Shown piece by piece: positions 1 to 11,423 of a stretch of 64,000 nucleotides of DNA (within the stretch, counting starts at the first letter, position 1; each line of letters begins with the position of its first letter). A model generated the notes under the pieces. The model made no database searches. It was not told the origin of the DNA and saw only the letters and a program-made list of their open reading frames with translations. Made by a program: the position numbers and the translations under genes. The stretch lies in the NCBI GenBank assembly GCA_048013815.1, contig CM106585.1, positions 19,716,001-19,780,000 of the forward strand, written 5' to 3'. Source of the DNA: Setoptus koraiensis (Eukaryota; Animalia; Arthropoda).

Positions 1-2
1 AC

Positions 3-1658
3 ATACCAACAATTCTCATTAAACCAGTGCAACGATTGGCAAAATACCCCCTGTTACTTAATGAACTATCTAAAGCCACAGACGACTCTCATCCGGATAA
101 GCGGGACTTAGAAGAAGCGTTCAAACTGGTTACGGAAGCAGCGACAAGTATAAATGAACTGAGGAATAGATCGGAAATTAATTCATCCAATTACCACAAC
201 AACAGTAGACAGCAACAGCAGCGGAGATCAATATTGTCAATGCCAGGTGATATTGGTGAAATAGCAATCAATTCAGACAAGCAAAACAAAGGCTGGCTAT
301 CGTCGAGATTCAGCCTTCATACGGTGAAGAAAAAGACGGCTCGTTTGTCCACTAGAATAACTGCTAGTTTGGGCTTAGTTTCTCTAACTCGTGACGAAGA
401 ATTTGAGAGGCTCCATGAAACGTTCAAATTGATAGAGAAAACCATCAAAACATTTCTGAAAGATTTGATTCAATTCGTGGACCATTTTGAACATTTTCTT
501 CTTTCATTGCAGCAGGCTTCAGAGAACATTGCCTCGTTTTACAGGGATCAATCGTGTCAGAGAGAATTGGAAGAATTGAAAAAGAACACTAAAGCGTGTA
601 TGAATGACCACTTTCACGAGTTCAGGCGTGTCGTCGATAGGCAAGTGATCAATGTGATAAGTCAACTGTTACAAAAATTTCAATCGCCAAAACAATTGGT
701 CAGCAAGAGAGCTGACAAATTGTTAGATTACGACACCAAAACTAAAAAAATGGAATCTTGCAAGGATGTGGAGAAAAGACTTTTATTGCGCGAGCAACAA
801 ATTATAGCCAAGGACCTATATGAAACATTGAATAGACAATTAATAGACCAACTGCCACTATTCAATACCTATGCAGTAGATATACTCAGAAATTGCATTC
901 TGGTATTCTTAAAATGTCGCCGTACTTTGATATCGCGTTATGCTAGACAATCGAGTTCTCTATTGGACACACCATTGATGATGGGGACATGCATTCAAGA
1001 CTTACATAATGAAAATTTTATTGAAGCATTTAAGGCTAACTGTGATGTGGCTCGTTCTGGTAGGAGTTCGGCCCAATCAACATTTGAGAGTTCCGAGGCC
1101 GACAGTGGAAGCCGTTGCGCTTCTGGCGCTCTAGATGGAAATTTTGGTCCATTCAATGCACCCACCTCTGCTAGTACTCCGCTTAAAATGACGTCAGGCA
1201 TGCTGAATCACATGGCCAATCAACAGTCTGGCGCTAGTAGAAACTTAAATCTACCTTACGACACAGTGGATATTGTGAGACCTCTATCTGTGGCGAGCGA
1301 GCTCAGCGCTGAATTCGATCCACTGAGACCGACATCTGTTGCCTCATCTCAAGGCACAAAGTCAGGCGGCGGACATATGTCGCCTGGGTCCTCTTCAGAT
1401 GCTAATGTCGCGCCATCAACATCAACAACAACAAATGTTGATGGATCACAACAGAAGCTGTATGTCGCATCGTGGCCCTATAAGGCATTGGGACCCAATC
1501 AACTGGATATGAATTGTAATGAAACACTGAGGTTGGTTAAAGATTGTGACGAGCGTGGCAACAAGGAATGGTCGCTGGTGCAAACCACCAACGGTCGATC
1601 AGGTTATGTTCCATCCTCTTACATAAGGCTGGTAGATGGTCAACAGCAAACACCATGA
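3..1658 (+). CDS. DNMBP: DH-BAR-SH3 RhoGEF, dynamin-binding protein/Tuba (ARHGEF37/38) family; 5' end lies outside the window
   Basis: The frame is open from base 3. It carries the end of a DH domain (ILIKPVQRLAKYPLLL), a BAR-like helical region (KRADKLLDYD...LYETLNRQLIDQLPLF) and a C-terminal SH3 (YVASWPY...EWSLVQTTNGRSGYVPSSYI). Confidence 0.8.
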   Translation: MPTILIKPVQRLAKYPLLLNELSKATDDSHPDKRDLEEAFKLVTEAATSINELRNRSEINSSNYHNNSRQQQQRRSILSMPGDIGEIAINSDKQNKGWLSSRFSLHTVKKKTARLSTRITASLGLVSLTRDEEFERLHETFKLIEKTIKTFLKDLIQFVDHFEHFLLSLQQASENIASFYRDQSCQRELEELKKNTKACMNDHFHEFRRVVDRQVINVISQLLQKFQSPKQLVSKRADKLLDYDTKTKKMESCKDVEKRLLLREQQIIAKDLYETLNRQLIDQLPLFNTYAVDILRNCILVFLKCRRTLISRYARQSSSLLDTPLMMGTCIQDLHNENFIEAFKANCDVARSGRSSAQSTFESSEADSGSRCASGALDGNFGPFNAPTSASTPLKMTSGMLNHMANQQSGASRNLNLPYDTVDIVRPLSVASELSAEFDPLRPTSVASSQGTKSGGGHMSPGSSSDANVAPSTSTTTNVDGSQQKLYVASWPYKALGPNQLDMNCNETLRLVKDCDERGNKEWSLVQTTNGRSGYVPSSYIRLVDGQQQTP

Positions 1659-4083
1659 GTTACACTTTGACCGATAGTAACTCATTTGAAGATAATTACA
1701 GTTATAATGATTCGTTGTTGTGATACAAGCACTCATTCGATGGATAGTCTCTATTATTATTAAAATGCCCATAACGATGCGCACAATTTATAACTTCGCC
1801 TACGATTACACAGATTGTCTTGCCGGAACACAGTTTATCTAGATTATTGTATTATCACTTTCACATTTGTCCATGTCTGATATCATTGTCTCTAGCATGT
1901 GGTTACAAGTGACGAACATACGTGTGTTCCTCTGTTACAGGCACGTCCAAATAAATTGTCACAATTCTATACTCATAAGTCTGAAAACCGCACAGTAAAA
2001 TGTGTGGCTCAAAGGAAGGCTCTGACTGGGTCAGTTATTTGGTGATTGGCATGATTATTTAGGATCTAACACAACTGCCGATGAATTGAAATAACACAAT
2101 GTCTATTAATATACTTGTATATATCGGCACTGTATATTGATTGCAACAACATGGACTGACTCACACTAGGGCTGTTGGACTGGATATGAATTTGTTTTGT
2201 TTTTTCGCGACAACATTATTTCAATTAAACAATGAAGGTCAATAAAGTTTGTCAAGCTGTGAAATATTTGCAAGCTTCGCGAAGCGCACAAAGTGCACCT
2301 AGTTACAGTCGCAGTTCAACTTATCTCTCATCTAGTATCTCAATGGACCATTCAGCGTTAGCGTTTGACAAGGTCAACAACGCTTCGGCACACTGTTAAC
2401 ATACTGTTGGCAGCAGTTGTATTGTCAATCTAGTTAACTCGCCAGCGTCATCGAGAATTTCTCTGGCAGTCCTAGATAAGTTCTTGCAACATTTATTTAG
2501 TTTTTGCGAGGATTATGCGCACTGGATAGTTGTTTGTTCATGGTTGTTTGTTGTAGCTGTTGTTTTCGTTGCCAGTGGTTGTTACGTGGAAGTGAACGGT
2601 CATTGTGAAAACCAGGGGTGTGCGAAATAGAGTTGAATGAATGAAGAATTTCCTGGTCATACTACAGCATACTACTACGTATAGCATATCAATACAGTAC
2701 ATGCATTCGGACAAGCATGAGAGCTAGAGGGAATTTATTTTAGGCGTTAGAATCATTTGAACAACCATTATGGCCATGTGGGCTTAAGCCAACTTGGTGT
2801 TTCTTTATGGCATGTGACGCACACAACGAATATATATACAAACCTCTCTCCGTAATCCGTGTATATTGGCAAAAACAAACAGTAAACAAACTGCCGTCTG
2901 CTCGATATTTCCATATCTATGGCAGAATGTTCTTTTGATTGCGCCAATAACCAGATTGTTTTCTTCGAGCAACTTTGCACCGAAGTAAAATTGAATTGTG
3001 TGTCTGTGTGTATGTTTGCGCTGGTGATATATCCAATATTGGATTTATCGTGGCATAGAGATTTAGAAATTGAGCAAGTATGGCCACCCTCTATTTTCGT
3101 GTTAAAAACCCATTTCGATATTGTTGCCCATATGCTGGCTCGACGATGTTGCCGGCGGCAGCGGCGCCGCCACCGGATCTCTAGTGCTCACAAATTGAGC
3201 GGGTGGGGGTCGGGGGATCCGGCAAGCAGAGAAAGCGTTATACGCGCTATTTCTTAATGACGCTCACACACAAAACGGTCACGAGCAGAGCGTTATATTG
3301 AGAGCTCAAAATTGCATTTCACGAAGTCACCACTACTAGTATAATGCAAGTGAGGAGCTGTCGGCAGAGCGAGGTAACAAACTAACTCTGTTAATACCTT
3401 TATGCACTGCTAAAGTAGTGCCCGACAGCCAGAGACGTCAAGCAATTAACATCCTGTCCATCGCGCACCAGGATAGGGGTGCTTCGAAATGGCATTTGAG
3501 ATGTCTCGTTTGCGTTTGCAACTTGTATTCGCGGAGAAGTGTTCGCTGATCAGCCAGTGGCGCTCTTTTTCTTCTTAGTTGGCTTCTTCGGTGCAAGGCT
3601 TCCTTGAATGAGCAAGTCGTTACCGGCGCCCCTTTCTTGGGCCCCCTTGTATTGGATGCAACTTGGGCTACAGATTGCACGCGACCCGAGAGATGCGGAT
3701 CGATCAATGGCACGACTGTTCAATGTCGCTTGCAGAAAGAAAGCATCCATTGTGGGCCGACGGACTGTCGGACAATTCATTCGGACCGAATGATTCGACA
3801 GACAGTATTCAAACAGTATAGACAGAATCGGCACGACATCGTTCATTTGGCAGTCACGAGCAGCATGCGCGAGAGTAGGCGAGAAATTTGAAAAGGATTC
3901 TTGAATGGGGCAATTTGGCAAGGTTTTCTGTTTAATTGTGATCACCAAATCGGTTTGTTACACACTTTGTCTGGCGCTGTTTGTTTGTTGGTCCGCTTGT
4001 TGGTGAAATATGAGGTGGCCATAGACAAATAGAGCAAAAACAGCACTCTTTTTTGGCCACTCGTGTTCGTATGGCCGGCCAGC

Positions 4084-5071
4084 TCATTCGTTTCTTGTTA
4101 ACCACCAGCGAACGGCCACAAAGTTGGCCAGGAATTTTGCTATAATTGGCAAATATATTATCATTGCCAGATTTGTCAATGGTTCTATTATAACATCGAG
4201 GCAAGACCTTGATTTGGAGTCGGGCAATTTGCACAGCAATAGGTTGGTATTGACCTCTACTGGATTTGGGCAACAAGATTTTGGAAATTTCCGCTCATTA
4301 TTATTCTGACTATTGTTACTATTATTGATACCTTTGGTCATAATAAAACGCGACCAATCCGTGGCGTTGGGAGCAAAGCCGCAACATTTGCCCTTGTTTT
4401 GTATTTTGTCCCAAATTCTCGTGGCGTTTTGCCTAACACTTAATGGACCATTGTTAGCCATTGAATGCTTATTATTATTATTATTGCCATTCCAGACTGT
4501 ATTGTCGTGCCAATCATATATCTTTTGTGCCTTATCTAGCTTGTTTGAGTATTTCTCTGTTACAATTTCGTCTTCGGGTATCAACAGCAAAGCACAAATA
4601 TATAGCAATAGACATATGGCTCCGATTGACCAAGACTATCATTGATGAGACGATTGAATGTTGAAGATTTAAAATTGAAAATTGAGAATTGAAATGGAAT
4701 GGAATGAATGAATTTCGATGCGAGTTAAAATCATTTATTATATAGTTTATGCTTGGTGCAACTTTTGAAAGACTTTCTGAGCACACGCAAATCACAAATC
4801 CTACCCAATATATTGTGTTTCTGCTGTTTTCAGTGTAAATTGTGTATAATGCAAACGCTGTAAATATAGCTAGACAGATCGGACACACGATCATCCAACC
4901 GATACTTTGCGAAATTTCATCACCATCTATATCGGAATAGTAATACTTGATGTAATTTATGTAATATATCGACCACAGAGCTACGATAAATGTTGCAAGG
5001 CAGGCAACAATAGACAGGAACTTGCAGATTTTTGCGCATTTCTTACAGGACGATTGCTGTTGATCGGGCAT
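4084..5071 (-). CDS. Tetraspanin, 2 exons: join(4805..5071, 4084..4635), about 272 aa
   Basis: Three N-terminal hydrophobic segments, a large extracellular loop with CCG and PKSCC motifs, and a final TM helix. A GT-AG intron at 4636-4804 joins TIYW to SWSIGAICLL in frame. Confidence 0.85.
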
Positions 5072-5435
5072 CGTTTGTGTCTTGACTAACTTTTGTTGTA
5101 TTTTGTACTTCTTGCTGGAATCTTTGCTAATATGATGTAATGGCTGACGACAATCGCGTCATAGAGTACACTCACGTAATTAAATTGTTTTGATGTTGCT
5201 GACAGGTGGCGGGCTTTCAATGTGAGCCTAGTGTCGAGTTGCCACTTATAAAATCGATAAAGGGCATTCGATACGTTCAAAAGGATCAGTATGTGCATTT
5301 GCGCTAACTGACCTATAAAACCTATAAACCGTTAAACTGAAATTCGCCTCATATTGAACATTTCGCCGATAGTTGTTTGCAAAACTTTGCCAACAATTTG
5401 CCACTGGCATATGTCGCGCCTGATGTCAGAGAAAT

Positions 5436-5509
5436 GAGCGCCGCTGCACCTAGCGACTTGTGAGCAGCCGCTGTAGGCCGCTCACAAGTCGCTAGGTGCA
5501 GTACCGCTC
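5436..5509. other. 74-nt foldback hairpin with a stem of about 34 bp and a 6-nt loop
   Basis: CTGCACCTAGCGACTTGTGAGC (5444-5465) is the exact reverse complement of GCTCACAAGTCGCTAGGTGCAG (5480-5501). Further pairing extends on both sides. Confidence 0.9.
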
Positions 5510-5867
5510 CAGTATGGATAGACCATTGCGCGCATTATTCGAACGGGCTTCGCTTCGAAAACGTTTTCAGCAAGGAGTCTCGCAGTTGCAGGTACCCTGT
5601 CACTTAACTTTGTAAAATGAGGGTCCCAGACGGCCTCATACGACCAGCAAAACTTGCATTATTCAATCGAAAATGTCGGACATGGTCAATCTTGGCGCAT
5701 TTCTGGTACAGAGTCCACTGCATAAACTGACCGCATTATTGCGGTTAGTAAACGCGTGAAGTGGAATTTTATTAGAGCATAAGTACTTCAGTGTCAACAA
5801 CAAACAGAATTGTCGTGGTGAGAAGTCAGCCTCGATGCTGATTGAATAACAACTAATTAGCTTTTGT

Positions 5868-7190
5868 TTACCCAAGCAGGCTCTCGGCGCGTTGCAGCAT
5901 TGTCGTATGCAAAATATTGAGCCTGCCGTCTTGCTCGTAACAGGGCTCATCGTAATTGTCCGAGTTCAAATTCCAGGTCATGTAACCGGCCAGGCCCATA
6001 TTGATCGCATATTCTACCTTTTCGCCGACACTCTTTTCATTCTCGTAGCTTATCCAAGTCGTTTTGTCCTGCGTGATCATGTACGGAGTACGTGCTTTCT
6101 CGTCGAAATGCTCAAAACTCCCCTGTCGTAGTAATTTGCACACCTCAGTGAAATCCAGATACTCATCTGTCTTGCCGCCAACCTTTTTAGCGGCCAACAT
6201 AAACGATTTTGGCATTGGTCTATCGGCCTTTGTCTTGCAACGAAGTTGATAGGCTCTAGCGTAGGTCGGTATACCCATAACTATTTTCTCTCTTGGCACG
6301 CCCGAACTGATGTATTTTCGTATGGTCCAATCGATGGATAAATCGCGCAATATCGGAACGACTCTGGACGTTATTGAGTACAATGGTGCATTTGGTCCCG
6401 TGAAAGGTGTGTAACTTTTGTATAAATAAAAATCGTATGTCATCACGTTGAGCCAATTGGCTGACTCTGCCAATTTGTCCAATTCATAGCTGGCTTTGAC
6501 GACGAGATTTTGAGCTGCAACCGCCACTGTCAATAGATATTTTGTACCGAATGCCTTTCTCATGGCTCGCACTATTTCTGTCAAGCCTTGTTTCTCTCTA
6601 GCTTTGCTTTTGCCTATTAGTGGTACCTGGGGAAAGTTTGGAAATTCCCAATCGCAATCCATGCCATCTAGGCCGTACTTATCCATGAACTCGATCGCCG
6701 ATTTGGCCAATCTGCGTTGTTTTTTTTCATAATTTTTAAAACACAAAAATAAACACTTGTAAATTCAATAGTAACACATGCTCCACAAATCAAAACAATT
6801 GACTCACCTTTCTCTGACTTCACTACTTTTGGAAGCAGCTACGAATCCGTTAAATTCACTCTCATTGTACAGAGACACGAGCACTTTCAAATGGGGATAT
6901 TTTAACTTCAATTTCGTCACTTGTCTCAAATATTTATCGTCTGTTTCAGCACCAAGAACTACATTGCCATGACCATCAATGCGACAGAAAGCGAAGATAA
7001 TGTGAGTGCAAAGATTTCCATCGATTTGTGGCACGTCCAGGGAGAGCGTTGGATCCATTCGAAAATAGCATACTCTCCTGAAGTCTCTCCAGAGAACATG
7101 TCGAAATTTCGCTGTTCCATCGACGACGGAAGTCTCAAACAGGCAAAAAGAAATTAAAAAAAATATCGCTGTTACAGTGGCAACGTGCAT
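5868..7190 (-). CDS. GH18 chitinase with a signal peptide and no chitin-binding domain: join(6808..7190, 5868..6711), about 408 aa
   Basis: RRVCYF and CTHIIFAF motifs, an intact catalytic DGMDCDWEFP, NVMTYD and GYMTWNL. A 96-bp GT-AG intron (6712-6807) joins EVRER to LAKSA. Confidence 0.92.
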
Positions 7191-8643
7191 TTCAGATGGA
7201 TGATTGATACTATTGCTATTATCCGATGACCAAAGCAAACCCGATAGAAACGGTAAAAGATCAGGAGGCAAATAGTCGGCAAGTTAGAAATAATGTATAA
7301 TGTATTCTACCATAGAATGGCACAAAAACTTTTTGAGTTAGTTTATCATTCAAATAGATTCGTAGCTCACTGAAAATAAACCATGAAAAAAGGTTCGAAA
7401 ATAGATTTTCGCGAAACAGTCTGCACTGTCGCAAGTTTCTCGCAGGACATGATCAGTCTAGACAAACATATTGTTCTCGCAGGCATACATCATGCAACTA
7501 CTGATGCGCGAATCACCGTTGCAGAACGATGCAATTGAGCATAAATTGATATTTCTGCCCATTGCGATGAGTCGTTTCGCAATGAACCATCTTTTTAGAA
7601 ATTTCTTACAATTGTTTGGAGCATAGCAGCCTTGTGACAAGTTGCACAATCATAGGAACTAATTCTGCCGTCTCGTGCCCTCGATACTGACATTCTAATG
7701 AGAAACAAGGAACCGGAACATGGAGAGTGGGCGCCCACTATTGAAAGTGTTTCCGTGACTTATGTCAACTTGGTTGGCCTGAATTTGTCGTGCGCTCCCT
7801 ATACAGGGGTAAATTAAATTATGGGTTATATTTCCGATATCGTCAGAGATCATATCACTTTTCTGTGACTGCTTCGGCAGGAGTCTTTTTGGGTGAACTT
7901 AACCGGCGAATTTCTTCACTTACACCAGGAACTTGTGACCGTTGTTCCGTAATCGATCACAAATATACAAATACAAAATGTACTAATTAGAGCATTTGCC
8001 AAGACAGCCTAACTTTTCTATAGATGTTTCTGCACCCGCGAAAAGTGACAATTTCCATATGTGCGCGTTTCGCAAACCGAAAGAGTACAATCTGTGCAAA
8101 TTTTGTACGCGCCTAAGTCTTCGCCCGCAAACCAATAGTGCTTACTGGGCCGAGTCGACTGCACAATATTCAACGTTTTGGGCACATTACGTGCGTTTTG
8201 CTGGCCAGTGGAACAGAGGCTGCGAATGAAATTTCCGCACACAAGCACCCGTTGGAGGCAGCGGTTCAACGTGAGTGAGGTGAAACAGAATTGTGTGCGC
8301 ACATTATTTGAAATTTCCTCTCGGAAAAGCATGGGAAAGGGGACAGCTTTTTCGTTTTGTGTGCGCCCAAATTTCACCCAACTGCAGGTTGCATTTGTAT
8401 ATTTTGTGCCGCATACCTACACATGCACACACGCATACACAAGCACTCACTGGACGGAGTGGCACGATTCGGCAAAGTGTGCGACTTGCTTGCAAGGGTG
8501 TCCGGATCAAGTCGTCCATTTCCTATTGATTATTGTGCGATGCCTGTGGCAGTGCATTTCGTGCGCAGCAAAGTGCATTGTTTAGCCTGGTCGGAGTGTT
8601 TTATAGCTTGAGGGCTTGATCGAAGGCACCCTGTCTGTGAAAG

Positions 8644-8668
8644 CACACACACACACACACACACACAC
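8644..8668. repeat. (CA)n microsatellite
   Basis: Visible directly in the sequence. Confidence 0.95.
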
Positions 8669-8936
8669 GCCATATCAGCCATACAAGCTGTCGCGCGACG
8701 CGTTATGTCGCGCGGGACGGCGCGGGTACTGACAGCGGCACGCAACGATGGGTATTTGTGAGTGTGCAGTCGTTTGGGGATTGTCTCGAGCCTACTTGTT
8801 GTGTTTGTCGCTGCTGGTGCACATAGTGACTGGTTGTGTAGTATTACAGTAGTTTGGCTATTTTGTAGCAGTTCTCATGCATCATTATTATGTTAATTAT
8901 GCGCCATTACGATTGAATAATAATAACAGTTTATAG

Positions 8937-9179
8937 TTGGCTATCACACTGTATCTCATACAACATCCAGATTGTCTAGGTGAGGTACATCGAAGCGACT
9001 CGATTGTAGATAAACAGAGAAGGAGAGAAAGTTTGCTCTGTATTAATGCCAGCGTACGGCAATCGTTTAACAGCAACCACCAACAATTCGAAAGCGGCCT
9101 GGGTACTCGTGGGCATCGGTGGCAGTACCTAAAGGCAAAGTGGATTCTATGGTGCCACTCGATGACCACAATCATAGAG
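8937..9179 (+). promoter_or_regulatory. Candidate eIF5 5' leader exon with three upstream AUGs
   Basis: Flanked by TTATAG and GTAGGC splice-like sites, with a downstream acceptor TTTTCAG at 9758. ATGs at 9046, 9149 and 9162 all have T at -3. Confidence 0.45.
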
Positions 9180-9800
9180 GTAGGCGTGTAACCTCCGGTC
9201 TAGATTAGATTTGCTAGCGAGCTTGTACAGACAACAAGCAGACAACAAATAAAATTTATTCATTTTTCATCAGCCGTTCGACGTACTATATACCATCATA
9301 TCTCGACGTTATAACAACGATATATATCTGAACGATCGACCAACTACGACGACATTTGTTAATGTATCATTATCACTATTATTATCATTATTAATATTAT
9401 TATTACCATAATCTTTATTATTATTACTACTACGATAAATCTGCTCCACAGCATTATTCTAGCATCTCCATACGAGCAGCAGCTGCATCCCAATTGATAC
9501 CAACGCATCACTATTGTCATTATCTATTCTTGTAATCGACGCCAACAGACTATTCTATTATTATTACTAATTGTTATTACTATTGATATCATTATAAATT
9601 AGATACCGTCTCGCTCGGAGATTACAACATTTGGACGCACACTCACACACACCAATACAATAATAGGCAAATCACCAAAAACAACAACAACAACAATCCA
9701 TACATAAATATTAAGATAGATGTGATTATTTAATTTATTTAAAACACCTTCTTTTCAGCCATCATTGCAACCACACAGTAGGACAGGCAAAAGCAGGACA

Positions 9801-11279
9801 ATGACTACCGTTAACATCAATCGCAATCTTAGCGATCAATTCTATCGCTATAAGATGCCAAAACTTGTGGCCAAGGTTGAGGGCAAAGGCAACGGAATCA
9901 AAACAGTTATAGTTAATATGGTTGAGGTTGCTAAATCATTAAATAGGCCGCCTATGTACCCAACAAAGTATTTTGGTTGTGTCTTAGGAGCTCAAGTCAA
10001 TTTTGATAACAAGAGCGAACGTTACATTGTCAATGGCGCTCATGATGCCGCTAAATTGCAGGATCTATTAGATGGTTTCATACAAAAGTATGTGCTATGT
10101 CAATCGTGCGAAAATCCAGAAACAATATTATCTGTTAATAAGAAAAAAGAAGTTATTGGTACAAATTGTATGGCATGCGGTTATGCTGGCACCATACCGG
10201 GAGTCAATGACAGATTAGCCTCTTATATATTGAAGAATCCACCCCCAAAACCAGCGCCAGTTACAGCACCCACTGCTGCCGCAGCGGCCGCCGCCGCCGC
10301 TGCTGCAGGTGGATCAACCCCGACCAATGATAATAGTGCTACATCAAATCATAAATCACACAACAGTAAATCTAATAAGTCTTCAAAGTCCAATAAACGC
10401 TCTTCGGAACAAGCAAGCCAATCAACAAATAACAATTCAACATTAGATAATCATCAATTATCTATCAATGATAATAGCGCATCATTTGATCATAATGATG
10501 AAACTGGTGATAACGATGATGATGATGAAGACTGGGGTGAAGAGACTGACGCGGATGCTGTCAGAAAAAGAATGGATCTTTTGAGTGCCGGTGCTAAAAG
10601 TCTTATGCTCAATGATGATTTAGAAAAGAGCCAAGAAGAACGATCGCAAATATTTTTTGAATACGTGGAAAAGAAGTTTAAAGAATCAGACCTCACTTCG
10701 GCCGAACATCAGAAGGCAATCAAGACGGAGGCCGAACGACTCGACATAAGTGATAAAGCAGTTATAGTCCTTTGCGAAATTCTATTTAGAGAAAACCTTC
10801 CAGAGAACGCAAAACTCTACAAAAATTTGTTCCTAAGATTTACTCTTCAAAACCTTAAAGCTCAGCGTTACCTTCTTAAAGGTCTAGAATTGACAATTAC
10901 ACAACAGCGAGATCAATTGATGCCCAGAGTAACGCCAATATTTCATTTATTTTATGAGCTTGAAATTATAGTAGAAGAGGTGTTCTTGGAATGGTATGCC
11001 AAAGGCCAAAAGAAAAGTAACAAACTCGATGAAGTGTCGCATGAGATTATCGAGAAGTCCTTGCCCTTTATAAAATGGTTGAAAGAAGCTCCAGAGGAGT
11101 CTGATGATGAAACGGATGAAGATGATAAGGTTGATATAGATTTTGACGATAGAATAGTGGGTGATGCTATTAGAGTTGAAGAAGAAAAACGACCCGAATC
11201 AACATCAGGCACAACAAAACAGTTAACAGCCACAGGGAACAAAAAGCCAGAAGATGATATTGATATTGATGCAATTTAA
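9801..11279 (+). CDS. EIF5: Eukaryotic translation initiation factor 5, intronless CDS, 492 aa
   Basis: N-terminal DQFYRYKMPKLVAKVEGKGNGIKTVIVNM, a zinc-ribbon CQSCENPET...CMACG, and a C-terminal W2 domain (FIKWLKEAPEESDDE). Confidence 0.97.
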   Translation: MTTVNINRNLSDQFYRYKMPKLVAKVEGKGNGIKTVIVNMVEVAKSLNRPPMYPTKYFGCVLGAQVNFDNKSERYIVNGAHDAAKLQDLLDGFIQKYVLCQSCENPETILSVNKKKEVIGTNCMACGYAGTIPGVNDRLASYILKNPPPKPAPVTAPTAAAAAAAAAAAGGSTPTNDNSATSNHKSHNSKSNKSSKSNKRSSEQASQSTNNNSTLDNHQLSINDNSASFDHNDETGDNDDDDEDWGEETDADAVRKRMDLLSAGAKSLMLNDDLEKSQEERSQIFFEYVEKKFKESDLTSAEHQKAIKTEAERLDISDKAVIVLCEILFRENLPENAKLYKNLFLRFTLQNLKAQRYLLKGLELTITQQRDQLMPRVTPIFHLFYELEIIVEEVFLEWYAKGQKKSNKLDEVSHEIIEKSLPFIKWLKEAPEESDDETDEDDKVDIDFDDRIVGDAIRVEEEKRPESTSGTTKQLTATGNKKPEDDIDIDAI

Positions 11280-11423
11280 TAATATGAAATTCTATAAATC
11301 ATGATCCACTTTAACAACTCTCCTTTTATCATCTTTCTAAGTTAGTTAAATCAAGTTGATTCTAATCATTTTGTTTGACGAGATTCATTGGTACAACATA
11401 CTGTTGTGCCGCGTGATCTCATC

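Noticed and set aside
2768-3948. Several overlapping 70-130 aa ORFs on both strands
   Set aside because: No recognisable motifs; consistent with random ORFs in a moderately GC-rich intergenic or promoter region.
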